Source of the DNA: a virus
Lineage: Duplodnaviria > Caudoviricetes
Direction: 5' to 3' (one strand)
Length of the DNA stretch: 64,000 nt
Virus record (IMG/VR): IMGVR_UViG_3300026187_000011
Coordinates: 14,344-78,343 of that record
Each line of letters opens with the position of its first letter. The stretch's first letter is position 1. Both the position numbers and the translations under genes were made by a program. Below, piece after piece: positions 55,481 to 64,000 of the stretch. The notes under the pieces were generated by a model. That model did no database searches and was not told where the DNA came from. It saw only the letters and a list, made by a program, of their open reading frames with translations.

Positions 55481-56274
55481 GAATAGTCCTTGTAGTTCTT
55501 GATTAAATTATCCAGCAAAAAGTCTCCATACTTTTGGTCCAAATCCTCGCTATGCAAAATCAATTCCGCCACTTCTCCAATATAATACCTTTCTGCCTTT
55601 CTGCCAATGGCAATATGGGTGGGTTGCTTAAATGGCACATCTTCCACATTATGTCCCTCCTTGTTTACAGACATAACTCTATTGATATTTTGGCTCGCAT
55701 CATATCCGTAAAAGCAACCATAACAATTACTTCCTGCGTACCTTTTCATGCCACCTCTATTTCTATTTACAACAAACTTGCCTATAGCTTCAGATGATGG
55801 CTCGATGGTCACAGATGTGTCTTCACCCCAAATACCGAAGGCAGGTCTAGGGTAATCAGTCTTGGCTGTTAATAGCACATAGAATTGGTCGGTAACATGT
55901 TGTGCAATTTCCTCAACCTCAAGGTATTCTCCATGAGAAAAAAGACCTAAATATATACCATTTTTTTGTACTAACTTTGGGGCACTGCTTACTTCAGCAA
56001 CAGCGTCTGCTTTAGCTACCCCATGCTTTATTTTTTGGTCATATATTCTAAGTAGTTTACAATCTTTAGTAAGGTCAGGAGTATGCTCCGGGTAATTCTT
56101 TTCAGAACCCCCATTCTCACTAAAAGCAAAAAAAGGACCGTCGTATTGGTATCTGAGTTTTCTATTAAGTGAATAAGCACACAAAGGATTAATTAAATCC
56201 GCAGGCAGTTTGCCCTCTAGTACGCGACTAGAAAATATACTATTATCAGATATGGCGCCAACATGATATATCAT
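55477..56274 (-). CDS. ConA/LamG-like lectin-domain structural protein
   Basis: CAYSLNRKLRYQYDGP, LLRIYDQ, APKLV, IAIG...YIGEVAELILHS. Confidence 0.6.
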   Translation of the reverse strand: MIYHVGAISDNSIFSSRVLEGKLPADLINPLCAYSLNRKLRYQYDGPFFAFSENGGSEKNYPEHTPDLTKDCKLLRIYDQKIKHGVAKADAVAEVSSAPKLVQKNGIYLGLFSHGEYLEVEEIAQHVTDQFYVLLTAKTDYPRPAFGIWGEDTSVTIEPSSEAIGKFVVNRNRGGMKRYAGSNCYGCFYGYDASQNINRVMSVNKEGHNVEDVPFKQPTHIAIGRKAERYYIGEVAELILHSEDLDQKYGDFLLDNLIKNYKDYS

Positions 56275-57059
56275 ACTAGGTCCCCGAATCCGTACCAATC
56301 AGTACCATCAAAATATATTGTAGCAGCCGAGTAAACTTCAGATAAAACATTCCCCCGTGCTTTTAATCCTGCAGGGAATGTGGTTGTCTTTCCTGCTAGT
56401 AAATTTGTAAGGGTAAATGATGTGCCCACAGGAAGCGTGTAGGGTAGCGTTATGTTAATATTTCCTGTTGCTGGCTTTGCATGAAAAATGGAGCCCGTAT
56501 CTTCTTTCGCAAGGGTGTAATCTGTAGTAATTTCCTTAATTGCAACCCTTGTATTGAGTACTGCATCCTTGATTGTTTCGGAAGTAATACTTACAGAAGT
56601 AATACTTTCGGTCTCAACTGCATTCGATTTTAGCTTACCTTCGATTACTATATCTTCTGTAGCTCCACCAAGCTTCATGGGGCCTATTCTTAATTGCCCA
56701 TCTATCTCAACATCCTCATAAAACTTACCTGTGTCTGCATACAAGTCATACTCATGCATAGACATAGGTATACGCAGGGTGTTGTTCTTAGATATGCTTA
56801 GGTCAATAAATGGGCGAATCCTTGTGGAGTTAAGCAATGTTTCCCAATATTCTGAAGTAGGATAAACGACAGGAGCACTAACAAAGCTTTCCTGTTGAGC
56901 CTCAACAAAACCGCCCGAAATCTCATACATGAATGTGTCACCGGTAAGCACATGGACTGCAAAGTCACCGGCATTTGGAGCGACACTATCTTTCCCTGCA
57001 TTAAAGCTTAGCCACTGATTCTCTTGGCTAAAGTGACTAGGATGTACTGCTTCGCTCAT
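56271..57059 (-). CDS. Tail-associated structural protein
   Basis: C-terminal DYTLAKEDTG..ITLP..VG..W.GFGDL module common in phage fibres. Confidence 0.6.
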   Translation of the reverse strand: MSEAVHPSHFSQENQWLSFNAGKDSVAPNAGDFAVHVLTGDTFMYEISGGFVEAQQESFVSAPVVYPTSEYWETLLNSTRIRPFIDLSISKNNTLRIPMSMHEYDLYADTGKFYEDVEIDGQLRIGPMKLGGATEDIVIEGKLKSNAVETESITSVSITSETIKDAVLNTRVAIKEITTDYTLAKEDTGSIFHAKPATGNINITLPYTLPVGTSFTLTNLLAGKTTTFPAGLKARGNVLSEVYSAATIYFDGTDWYGFGDLV

Positions 57060-58120
57060 TTAAAATATCCCGTGAGAGTCACATTTTCTGTATTATCCTC
57101 AAAGTCTCTTTCCTCGCTACCAAGATTGACAATCTCATACTCATTAACATTGTCTACGCAATCATATACTATTGATGAGTTGGGAGCTATAATTTCATGC
57201 GTTTGGTTATCTTTTCTTAAGTACACAACCTGGTCAATTACAGCATTTGTTGCCTCTATCGCTAGATAATATCCTGATGCAGGGTTTTTCACTCCACCTC
57301 CACCACCGTCATCATTAGTTGTGTCAAGGCCTTGGGCAATTACTTGCCTGTTTATCCCATTAAATAATTCTGCGGTAAATAACTCCTTTGTGGGATGCAC
57401 CTCAATACTTAATTTGTATGTAGTACCTTCCTTCCATTTTGCGCGACTTACAGATGGTGCAGATGTGTTAATTGCTCCACTCGAAGTAAAAGAAATGGTT
57501 GTTCCGGCATTTCCTGATGATATCAAATCGGTTCTAGCAAGTGTATCAAATAAGCCGACCTTTACTTCTCCATGCATTGCATGAATGAATAATTCAATTA
57601 TAAACTCGTCCCCAAGGTAAGGAACTTTCTTGCAGACCCTACCTTTGATGTTAGCAGATTTTTGGTCTATATGAATGCCCTGTGCATCTTCAATAGTACC
57701 TCCATCACGAAGCTCCCAGTCGCCAAAACCATTCTCGAAATCATCGAGCAGATAAGATGTGTGCCTATTTCGTATACCTACAAGTTTTCCTGTGAAGTTA
57801 GATATTCTCAACTCGTTTGCAGGTAGACTCGGAAGTCTATGGAATTTATCGTTTGTAGATACTGCAAATGTACCAAACCCCCTTGAGATTTCATCAGGGC
57901 CTTCAAGTACGGTTACTGTTCTTGACGCTGTCCCTATCTCATTCGAATCATTCTGGGCGATGTAATCCACCTGATATACAGAAGGTATTAATGTATCAAC
58001 GGGGTTTGTCGTATTGACAAGCTCCCCGCCGTCCGATGTGGCACCTGCATCTACATAGGGAAAAAATTTTTCAACTACTATTTCACTGTCTCCATTTAAA
58101 GTAAGTACTGGTGCTGCCAT
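57056..58120 (-). CDS. Ig-like (DUF5011-like) domain structural protein
   Basis: APVLTLNGDSEIVVE..YVDAGAT..D....PSVYQVDY.A.....GTASRTVTV. Confidence 0.75.
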   Translation of the reverse strand: MAAPVLTLNGDSEIVVEKFFPYVDAGATSDGGELVNTTNPVDTLIPSVYQVDYIAQNDSNEIGTASRTVTVLEGPDEISRGFGTFAVSTNDKFHRLPSLPANELRISNFTGKLVGIRNRHTSYLLDDFENGFGDWELRDGGTIEDAQGIHIDQKSANIKGRVCKKVPYLGDEFIIELFIHAMHGEVKVGLFDTLARTDLISSGNAGTTISFTSSGAINTSAPSVSRAKWKEGTTYKLSIEVHPTKELFTAELFNGINRQVIAQGLDTTNDDGGGGGVKNPASGYYLAIEATNAVIDQVVYLRKDNQTHEIIAPNSSIVYDCVDNVNEYEIVNLGSEERDFEDNTENVTLTGYFK

Positions 58121-58121
58121 T

Positions 58122-58370
58122 TTATCCTTTCCGGTTCACTGCGACCAATAAGTCGTCAAGCTTCCTGTAAATCTCTGTAATATTATTATCTATTCTTTTG
58201 ATATGCGAATATAACTCTTTGTTTTCTTGCCCCTGCGTAGCCATAGCCACACGCAAGGCATCTACCTTTTCCTCATTATCTTTGATGCGACTGAATAGAT
58301 ATTTAACTATACCTCCGCCAAGTAGAATAACCGAGCCCGTCAGTATATCTATGATTTCAGCATGCGTCAC
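58122..58370 (-). CDS. Small single-TM coiled-coil protein (holin-like candidate)
   Basis: IIDILTGSVILLGGGIVKYLF then heptad repeat. Confidence 0.55.
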   Translation of the reverse strand: MTHAEIIDILTGSVILLGGGIVKYLFSRIKDNEEKVDALRVAMATQGQENKELYSHIKRIDNNITEIYRKLDDLLVAVNRKG

Positions 58371-58744
58371 TTTCTGCGCCCCCGTTTTTTCTTGGGTGCA
58401 GACTTTTGTTCCAGCGGACTATCTAGCTCTACGGGCCCTACATCAATAACATCAGGCTCAGGGTCTACCTCCTTGGGTTCCTCCGCATAATGGGCAAGAG
58501 GGTCCCTGGTTGGGTCCTGAGGCTGAGTTGACAGCTGCCTGTACGAAACTGGTGTGTCGGTCAGTTTTTTTTTAAGATTAAGGAATTGCTCCGCGGTGAT
58601 TTCCACCACGGAGCTATCCTGAAGCAAATCCTCGGCTACCCCATCCGAGACCTCTGCAAAACCTTGTTGTAAAACGCCAACAGTAGACTTCGTAATCGTA
58701 ATTCCGTAATCCTTGCTGGGGTCTTTGAAAAGTAAGTACTTCAT
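58367..58744 (-). CDS. Hypothetical protein downstream of capsid gene
   Basis: Coupled ORF with basic C-terminus. Confidence 0.7.
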   Translation of the reverse strand: MKYLLFKDPSKDYGITITKSTVGVLQQGFAEVSDGVAEDLLQDSSVVEITAEQFLNLKKKLTDTPVSYRQLSTQPQDPTRDPLAHYAEEPKEVDPEPDVIDVGPVELDSPLEQKSAPKKKRGRRK

Positions 58745-58768
58745 ACCCCAAGGAGTTAATTATGGAAT

Positions 58769-60637
58769 TTAGCTCGACTTCAAGCTACCGCCACTTTTTA
58801 CGTCAGAAGTAATATCCAACTGGAAGTTCTCAATAATGAGGTGTCTTGAAGGCACATCCATCATTGTTGTCCAAGTGGTTGAGCGTAAGCTGTACTCAGT
58901 CTCTTTGTGAGCCATACGACATTTGTAAAGCTTATCAACCTCTGGGTGAGGAGAAGTGCGAGTTACTGCGTTGGTTCCTGCGACACCGATTTTTACATCA
59001 GACCAATCAATGAACCACATCATGCGTGATGCATTCTGCCACTCAGTTTCTCTTGTGCCAGTTCCCATTACTTTGTCGCCTGTGCGAGAACCATCAATGA
59101 AGAACTTGTTTCCAGTACCTACATTTGCATAGTCATCAAAGAATGGGTCGTGGAAGACTGCTAACTGGACGCCAACCTCAGGGATGTCGTACTTTGAGTA
59201 GTTGAAGAGAATAATACCGTCATGAGTGATGGTTTGATTCAACTCTGCGTTACGATGGATTTCCCAGCCATAACGATGTTTGTAGTAGTTGTTCATGCAC
59301 TCATAGAACAAGTTGTATGTAAATCTGTCAGTCATGACATCAATTACAGAAACAGAAGTTCCGTCTTGTTCGCGATTGCGTTTCAAGAAGTACAAGTGAG
59401 AGAACAATGACTCTAGGTCAAGTTTTCCACCTTTGTTATCAAAGACACGAAGTGACTCACGAAGTAATTGCTTGATACCGATTGCGTTACATTTGTACTC
59501 AAGAGTACATGCTGCATTTTCAGGGTCGGTAACTGCTGGCAATTCCATGTATGATTCAGGCTTTTGTTTTTCATTAATTGCCTGGTTGAACCATACTGCA
59601 CGTGTCCACTGGTCTTGTGATACTTGAGAAGCAATTTTGTTTTGCTCAGCAAGTGGCTGATAAACCATTGAGCTAAGGTAAGGGTTAACTTTGCCAGACA
59701 TAATCTTTTGCAAGGTTTCCTTATAGCTTTGGTCAATGGTACGAGACTCACGAGTAGTTTGTAACCAGTTAACGATAAGCTTTACGCTTAAGTCTGTTGG
59801 TTGGTTACGGCACCATTCTTCGAAATCATTTACATTGTTAGCTACAGTCTGAAGCATTCCATAAGTGGGCTTATACTGTCCAGCAAATGTTTCAGCATTC
59901 CATGCAGTTTCGTTTGCATATGAAGACTTAACTTGCGCACCTGTTGGACGAAGGGTTACTGCGGCTTTAGCAATGATTTTGGAATTTCCAGTATCATTAG
60001 CATCAGCATTTTTAGCACCAACAATTTTGAACTGTACTTCAATAGAAGCTTTAGAGGTAGTATCCCACCAATTTACTACTACATATCCACCAGGAAGGAA
60101 GTAACGCTCAAGTTGCTCAATTGGAGATGTCCAGTCGGAGCCACCAAGATTTACAGTTACTATATAGTCAGAACCATCATAGCTATAACCAGAAGCTTGC
60201 CCTCCTGCTAAATAGTTAGCGGCAGTGTCAGTAGATTTAACACCTGCTTCAATGGTGAAGTAGTTAGCGTTGATAACGTGGCGCTGTCTGCGCTGAATGT
60301 ATGGAAGGATGATGGACTGTTCAGCAACATTTACTTTATTAAGAAGTGGTTTAATGTTTTGAACTGAACTGTTAAGTAAAGTCGTTAGACCTCTTTCCTG
60401 AACTCCAAGCATCTTAGCTTCAGCAGAGCTTGCAATCACGCGAGCCAAATCCACTTCCTTATTAGAAAGTGCCTCGAACTCGGAAGGTGTAAGACCTTTA
60501 ATAGAAGCGTTTGTTAAAGTGCATCCAGTCGAAGTGTCGACTTTAATAATGCGTGCTACATTATTGTCTGTGCCTTTATAAAGTGTGCTGTCCGAGCTAG
60601 CTGCTGGATTAGGAAGAGATGAGTTTGTTGCTGCCAT
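58769..60637 (-). CDS. Putative major capsid protein (622 aa)
   Basis: Position after portal and scaffold; C-terminal LAVFHDPFF..FIDWSDVKI..STTWTT..HLIIENF resembles HK97-fold capsid ends. Confidence 0.6.
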   Translation of the reverse strand: MAATNSSLPNPAASSDSTLYKGTDNNVARIIKVDTSTGCTLTNASIKGLTPSEFEALSNKEVDLARVIASSAEAKMLGVQERGLTTLLNSSVQNIKPLLNKVNVAEQSIILPYIQRRQRHVINANYFTIEAGVKSTDTAANYLAGGQASGYSYDGSDYIVTVNLGGSDWTSPIEQLERYFLPGGYVVVNWWDTTSKASIEVQFKIVGAKNADANDTGNSKIIAKAAVTLRPTGAQVKSSYANETAWNAETFAGQYKPTYGMLQTVANNVNDFEEWCRNQPTDLSVKLIVNWLQTTRESRTIDQSYKETLQKIMSGKVNPYLSSMVYQPLAEQNKIASQVSQDQWTRAVWFNQAINEKQKPESYMELPAVTDPENAACTLEYKCNAIGIKQLLRESLRVFDNKGGKLDLESLFSHLYFLKRNREQDGTSVSVIDVMTDRFTYNLFYECMNNYYKHRYGWEIHRNAELNQTITHDGIILFNYSKYDIPEVGVQLAVFHDPFFDDYANVGTGNKFFIDGSRTGDKVMGTGTRETEWQNASRMMWFIDWSDVKIGVAGTNAVTRTSPHPEVDKLYKCRMAHKETEYSLRSTTWTTMMDVPSRHLIIENFQLDITSDVKSGGSLKSS

Positions 60638-60656
60638 AGTATGTTATTCCTTTGTT

Positions 60657-60680
60657 AGTTACTAAATTTAAGTAGTAACA
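60657..60680. promoter_or_regulatory. Palindromic site upstream of capsid gene
   Basis: AGTTACTA AATTTAAG TAGTAACA; 22 of 24 identical to the 3180 copy; inside a larger inverted repeat 60641-60692. Confidence 0.7.
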
Positions 60681-60787
60681 ATAGAATAACATTTTTCCTC
60701 AGCTCATCTCAAAATTTACAAACTTTTGTGCTTTTTTTTAGAAATATTAAAATTTAGGTCTTGTTTTCGTTTACTTAAAAACCCTTT

Positions 60788-62149
60788 TTACATTCCTAAA
60801 ATAGACATAGGATTTAAAGCTTTACTTTGTGGTTGCGGAGCGGATTCTGATGCTCGAGGTGATGGTGCAACCTGTGGCGCAGATACAGTCTGTGGCATGG
60901 TTGGCTTTTGTGCTTTAGGCTTTGGTTTTGCTGTAGACCTTACATAGCCTGCGCTCTCAAGCATCTTCTGTTGGTAATCTAGCGTCGCACCTAACCTTTG
61001 CTTCGCTCTCATCACCAATAGTTTAAGGAGGTCATCATCTGACCATGTAAAGTATTGTGTTCTTTTGTCCTCAGGAAGCGCGTGGAATCGCTCTCTTCTC
61101 ATGAAGGTTTTGCCCTCTCGAACAGTTTCTCCTGTCTTGATGTAATTATCCTGCTCTTGCTGGACCCAGTCTAATAGCTCTTTGTGTATTTGATTGGACT
61201 CGTCATAAGGTACTAATCCTTGAGTTATATCAACAAATGAATCAGCAAAAGAAAATAGATTTTTCGTAATGCTATCCATTACCTGGAATCGTAAGGGGTC
61301 TTCTTTTTGTATTTCCTCTAATCCGCCTTCTTGCTTAATTTTTTCCTGAACCTCTTCAGGCAAAATAGCAGCAAACTGTGAACGGAACCCTGCTTTAACT
61401 CTGTCTAGGACAGGTTTTTTTCTAGCCAACTCCTGCTCCTTACGCAATCTCTCAACCTCAGGTCGCACTCTAGCTTCCGCCGCATCCTCAGCCTGCCTTG
61501 TAATCATAGCCCGCTCCACCTTCTTCGCATCTTGCTGAGAAAACTGCGGTCTATTTTTCGCCATGAACTCCTTGTAGTCCTGGTCTTCGGCTAAGTCTGT
61601 GTAGGGGTCATCCTTGAGTCTTTTCTCAACATATGCCTTTGATTGCTTAAAAAAGTTTAAGAACTTTTTATCAAGGTCCTTATGCTCAGGCATGTTACCA
61701 GATGCGAACTTTGCCAACTCATAATACTCCTTTTCTTCGGGTATCAATCCTTTGACAATCTTATCTTCTTCAGATTCTTCAGGTTGAGAAAATGCTACTT
61801 GCTGTTGATGCTCTACAGGGACTTCCGGGTCAATAACCTGCTTAACCTTTTTGCGCTTCTTCTTTGGGCGAGCGGCTTCAGGGGGTTCTCCTGCAGCACT
61901 CCCCTGGACACTTTCCTGTTCCGGCTGCTCCTCCGATTCCTCTTCAATTGATTCTTCGGATTGAGTCTCTATGTCATAAAGGGCGTCCGTCAATGAGCTA
62001 GGATGGGGTATCTCCTCGGGTGGCTCTTCTGCTGACTCCTGTTCCTCAGCAGCTTCAAACAAAGCATTAAATAAGGGATTTTGCTCTGCTGTTTCGTTTT
62101 CGGTTTCTACCTCAGTAGGTTGTTCTGTTGCTTCAGGCTCTTCGCTCAT
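60788..62149 (-). CDS. Putative scaffold protein
   Basis: Very acidic N-terminus, helical body, Pro-rich tail; between portal and capsid. Confidence 0.6.
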   Translation of the reverse strand: MSEEPEATEQPTEVETENETAEQNPLFNALFEAAEEQESAEEPPEEIPHPSSLTDALYDIETQSEESIEEESEEQPEQESVQGSAAGEPPEAARPKKKRKKVKQVIDPEVPVEHQQQVAFSQPEESEEDKIVKGLIPEEKEYYELAKFASGNMPEHKDLDKKFLNFFKQSKAYVEKRLKDDPYTDLAEDQDYKEFMAKNRPQFSQQDAKKVERAMITRQAEDAAEARVRPEVERLRKEQELARKKPVLDRVKAGFRSQFAAILPEEVQEKIKQEGGLEEIQKEDPLRFQVMDSITKNLFSFADSFVDITQGLVPYDESNQIHKELLDWVQQEQDNYIKTGETVREGKTFMRRERFHALPEDKRTQYFTWSDDDLLKLLVMRAKQRLGATLDYQQKMLESAGYVRSTAKPKPKAQKPTMPQTVSAPQVAPSPRASESAPQPQSKALNPMSILGM

Positions 62150-64000
62150 ACTTGTGTTTGTACTTCAGGGTTAGTTTCTGCTTGTTGGACTTGTTGTTTG
62201 GGTTCCGCCGCTTGAATGCCTTGTGCCGCTTGTTGCGCTATCTGTTTTTGCCCTCCGGCTAAACCTTGTACAACCTGAGCAAGCTCTTGTAAGCTTTGTA
62301 GCATTTGTGGGAACTGTTGCTTTAGTTGCTGGAAGAATTGCTCATCCTCTATGGATTTTTGTTCTTCAGCACTTCCGTCAAATTCATCGGTTTCTAGTTT
62401 AAGGTCATGTGCTCCACTCATTCTAAATATTTCGTTAAACATCTCGAATAATCTCTCTTTACCCAAAGACTGAGCGATACCCTCAACTTGTAGAATGCCC
62501 TGCAAGAGATTACCAAGCACTTGAGCCGACTGCGTATCCCTAGCTCTTTCCGCACCGTCACGAGAACTAAATAAATACTCATGCACGAGCGTGGTTGGTT
62601 TTCCAATTATATTCCTGCTTGCGGGTCCCGCTTCTTCTGTTTGTGAAACAAACCCTGCTTCCTCTATAGATTTTTGTGTATATCTGCTTTTTATGGGAAC
62701 CATAAACTCTGACTCGCAACAGCTGATTACATGCTCATAAAGCAACTTTTTAGCCGCAGACCTCATGTCATCAATTCCTTCAGATATAAAACTGTAAACG
62801 GAATTTGTAGTGTTTGCTATCTCTGCAACCTCTGTAGCAGAAATTTCTCGTGGAGCGGCTTGACCTAATTCTTGAGGGGAAAGTATTAACAGCCGCTCCA
62901 CGAGATTCAGCAACTGGAGGATTGCTTGTATCGACTGGTTAATACCAGCGGAAAGTTCTTTTTGTGCATCTACTACAGTTATAAAATTTTTGTTATCTAT
63001 TCCTAGGTCAGCTGCCTTTTGCCCTGAGTAAAACAACGCTTTTGGCTTTGTATAAAATGTATCTTCTGCTAACCCCTGACTAATATACTCCTTAACATCA
63101 TCACCAAGTGCATCTTGGTCGATGCAGAAAATCTTCATCATGCTAATCTTCATATCATGAAGCATTTTAGACATGATGTTATTTAGTTGGTCTTGGAATG
63201 GCATGATTTCATGCGCAATAGATATGTTATCCAAGCGGTCGTCGTTTTGATTAATGCCGCCATATATAGCAGGTATTGAAGGCATGAACTCTGCAAACAG
63301 GACTGTTTCATCGCTTGCTACAGTAAACTTAACCCAAACATCATGCGGATAATCACCGAGTCCATCTCTCTGTGGGTTACAGCGCATAAAGATATTTGAA
63401 ACAAACATACCTTTATCATTATCTTCACTGCTGTAGATTCCGGTATTTGCTGTTCTCTCATTTTGCCAAGAAAATGTATCCCTTTCTCCCGGCCACCGCA
63501 TTACTTCATTCTTAAAGTAATAATTAAAGAAATCCTTGTGCACATCATATAGAGTTGTAAGGCTATTGGTATAGCTTATCTCATCTATGTTCCAGCTATC
63601 CACATTCTCTTTCATGTCGCCGTACCTGACGATATCCCAATATCCTATCCAGTCAGGACCAACATCCGTATTGATGTCATGCAAAGGTTTAGAGGTATCC
63701 CACATTAGCCTTGTTGGGTGGGGAGTAAAAAACTTTACACCCTCTTTCTCTATATAACTCTTAAGTTCGTCTTCTCCAGTAAGCTCACTCTTTTCTTCAC
63801 GCCATTGCACGACCCTAGTCCATGCTTCGGCGGGAAATGCAACAGAATGTCCATACATAAACATTTGCCTGATTATCTGCTCCCATTGGTGACGGTACCC
63901 AAATTGGTCGGTCATCATCTCTATTCTTTGAGACAAAACATCAGCCCTTAGCTTATCCTCAACATTTGTGCTTCTCGGCTCGTATTTAAAATATGGAAAC
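62146..64000 (-). CDS. Portal protein (5' end lies beyond the window)
   Basis: Frame stays open to the window edge (..FPYFKYEPRSTNVEDKLRADVLSQRIE..); QDQLNNIMSK and ELGQAAPREISATEV (TATEV-like) portal motifs. Confidence 0.75.
   Translation of the reverse strand, partial: FPYFKYEPRSTNVEDKLRADVLSQRIEMMTDQFGYRHQWEQIIRQMFMYGHSVAFPAEAWTRVVQWREEKSELTGEDELKSYIEKEGVKFFTPHPTRLMWDTSKPLHDINTDVGPDWIGYWDIVRYGDMKENVDSWNIDEISYTNSLTTLYDVHKDFFNYYFKNEVMRWPGERDTFSWQNERTANTGIYSSEDNDKGMFVSNIFMRCNPQRDGLGDYPHDVWVKFTVASDETVLFAEFMPSIPAIYGGINQNDDRLDNISIAHEIMPFQDQLNNIMSKMLHDMKISMMKIFCIDQDALGDDVKEYISQGLAEDTFYTKPKALFYSGQKAADLGIDNKNFITVVDAQKELSAGINQSIQAILQLLNLVERLLILSPQELGQAAPREISATEVAEIANTTNSVYSFISEGIDDMRSAAKKLLYEHVISCCESEFMVPIKSRYTQKSIEEAGFVSQTEEAGPASRNIIGKPTTLVHEYLFSSRDGAERARDTQSAQVLGNLLQGILQVEGIAQSLGKERLFEMFNEIFRMSGAHDLKLETDEFDGSAEEQKSIEDEQFFQQLKQQFPQMLQSLQELAQVVQGLAGGQKQIAQQAAQGIQAAEPKQQVQQAETNPEVQTQV

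Larger units (their letters stand above)
1..64000. mobile_element. Segment of a tailed bacteriophage genome (possibly temperate; integrase present)
   Basis: Portal-scaffold-capsid-tail-ejection gene order on the - strand, dense small early ORFs with ATGA/TAATG overlaps on the + strand, a tyrosine recombinase, and no host housekeeping genes. Confidence 0.95.

Noticed and set aside
40-60680. CRISPR array from the repeated palindrome
   Set aside because: Copies are scattered kilobases apart, not regularly spaced; no cas genes.
63934-63936. TTG at 63936 as the portal start
   Set aside because: The frame remains open to the window edge, so the real start is outside the window.

Overview
The whole window reads as part of a tailed dsDNA phage genome, probably podovirus-like: no tape measure is seen, but there is a P22 gp10/T7 gp12-like tail protein and large ejection-type proteins. 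The host cannot be determined from sequence alone. There are two convergent blocks. The + strand (about 1.1-19.3 kb) holds many small early ORFs, a DNA ligase-like nucleotidyltransferase, stand-alone DnaA domain IV and sigma70 region 4 proteins, a DpdA/TGT-like transglycosylase, a clamp-loader-like AAA+ ATPase, a PRTRC-type prokaryotic ubiquitin-like cassette (E, C/Ubl, F-like, B/E2-like, ThiF/E1), a SNF2 helicase and a tyrosine recombinase. The - strand (64-19.3 kb) holds portal (truncated by the window), scaffold, capsid, head-tail and tail/fibre genes, ejection proteins, a 4138-aa polyvalent protein and a run of tiny Lys/Arg/Cys-rich proteins. Non-coding features: tRNA-Thr(CGT), a densely structured ~630-nt ncRNA candidate (400-1034), a hammerhead ribozyme core (1653-1734), a structured element before thiF, and a dispersed TGTTACTA-N8-TAGTAACA palindrome at gene junctions. 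An unannotated ribbon-helix-helix ORF lies among the tail genes, and GATC is almost absent. All protein family assignments come from motifs recognised by eye, not from database searches.
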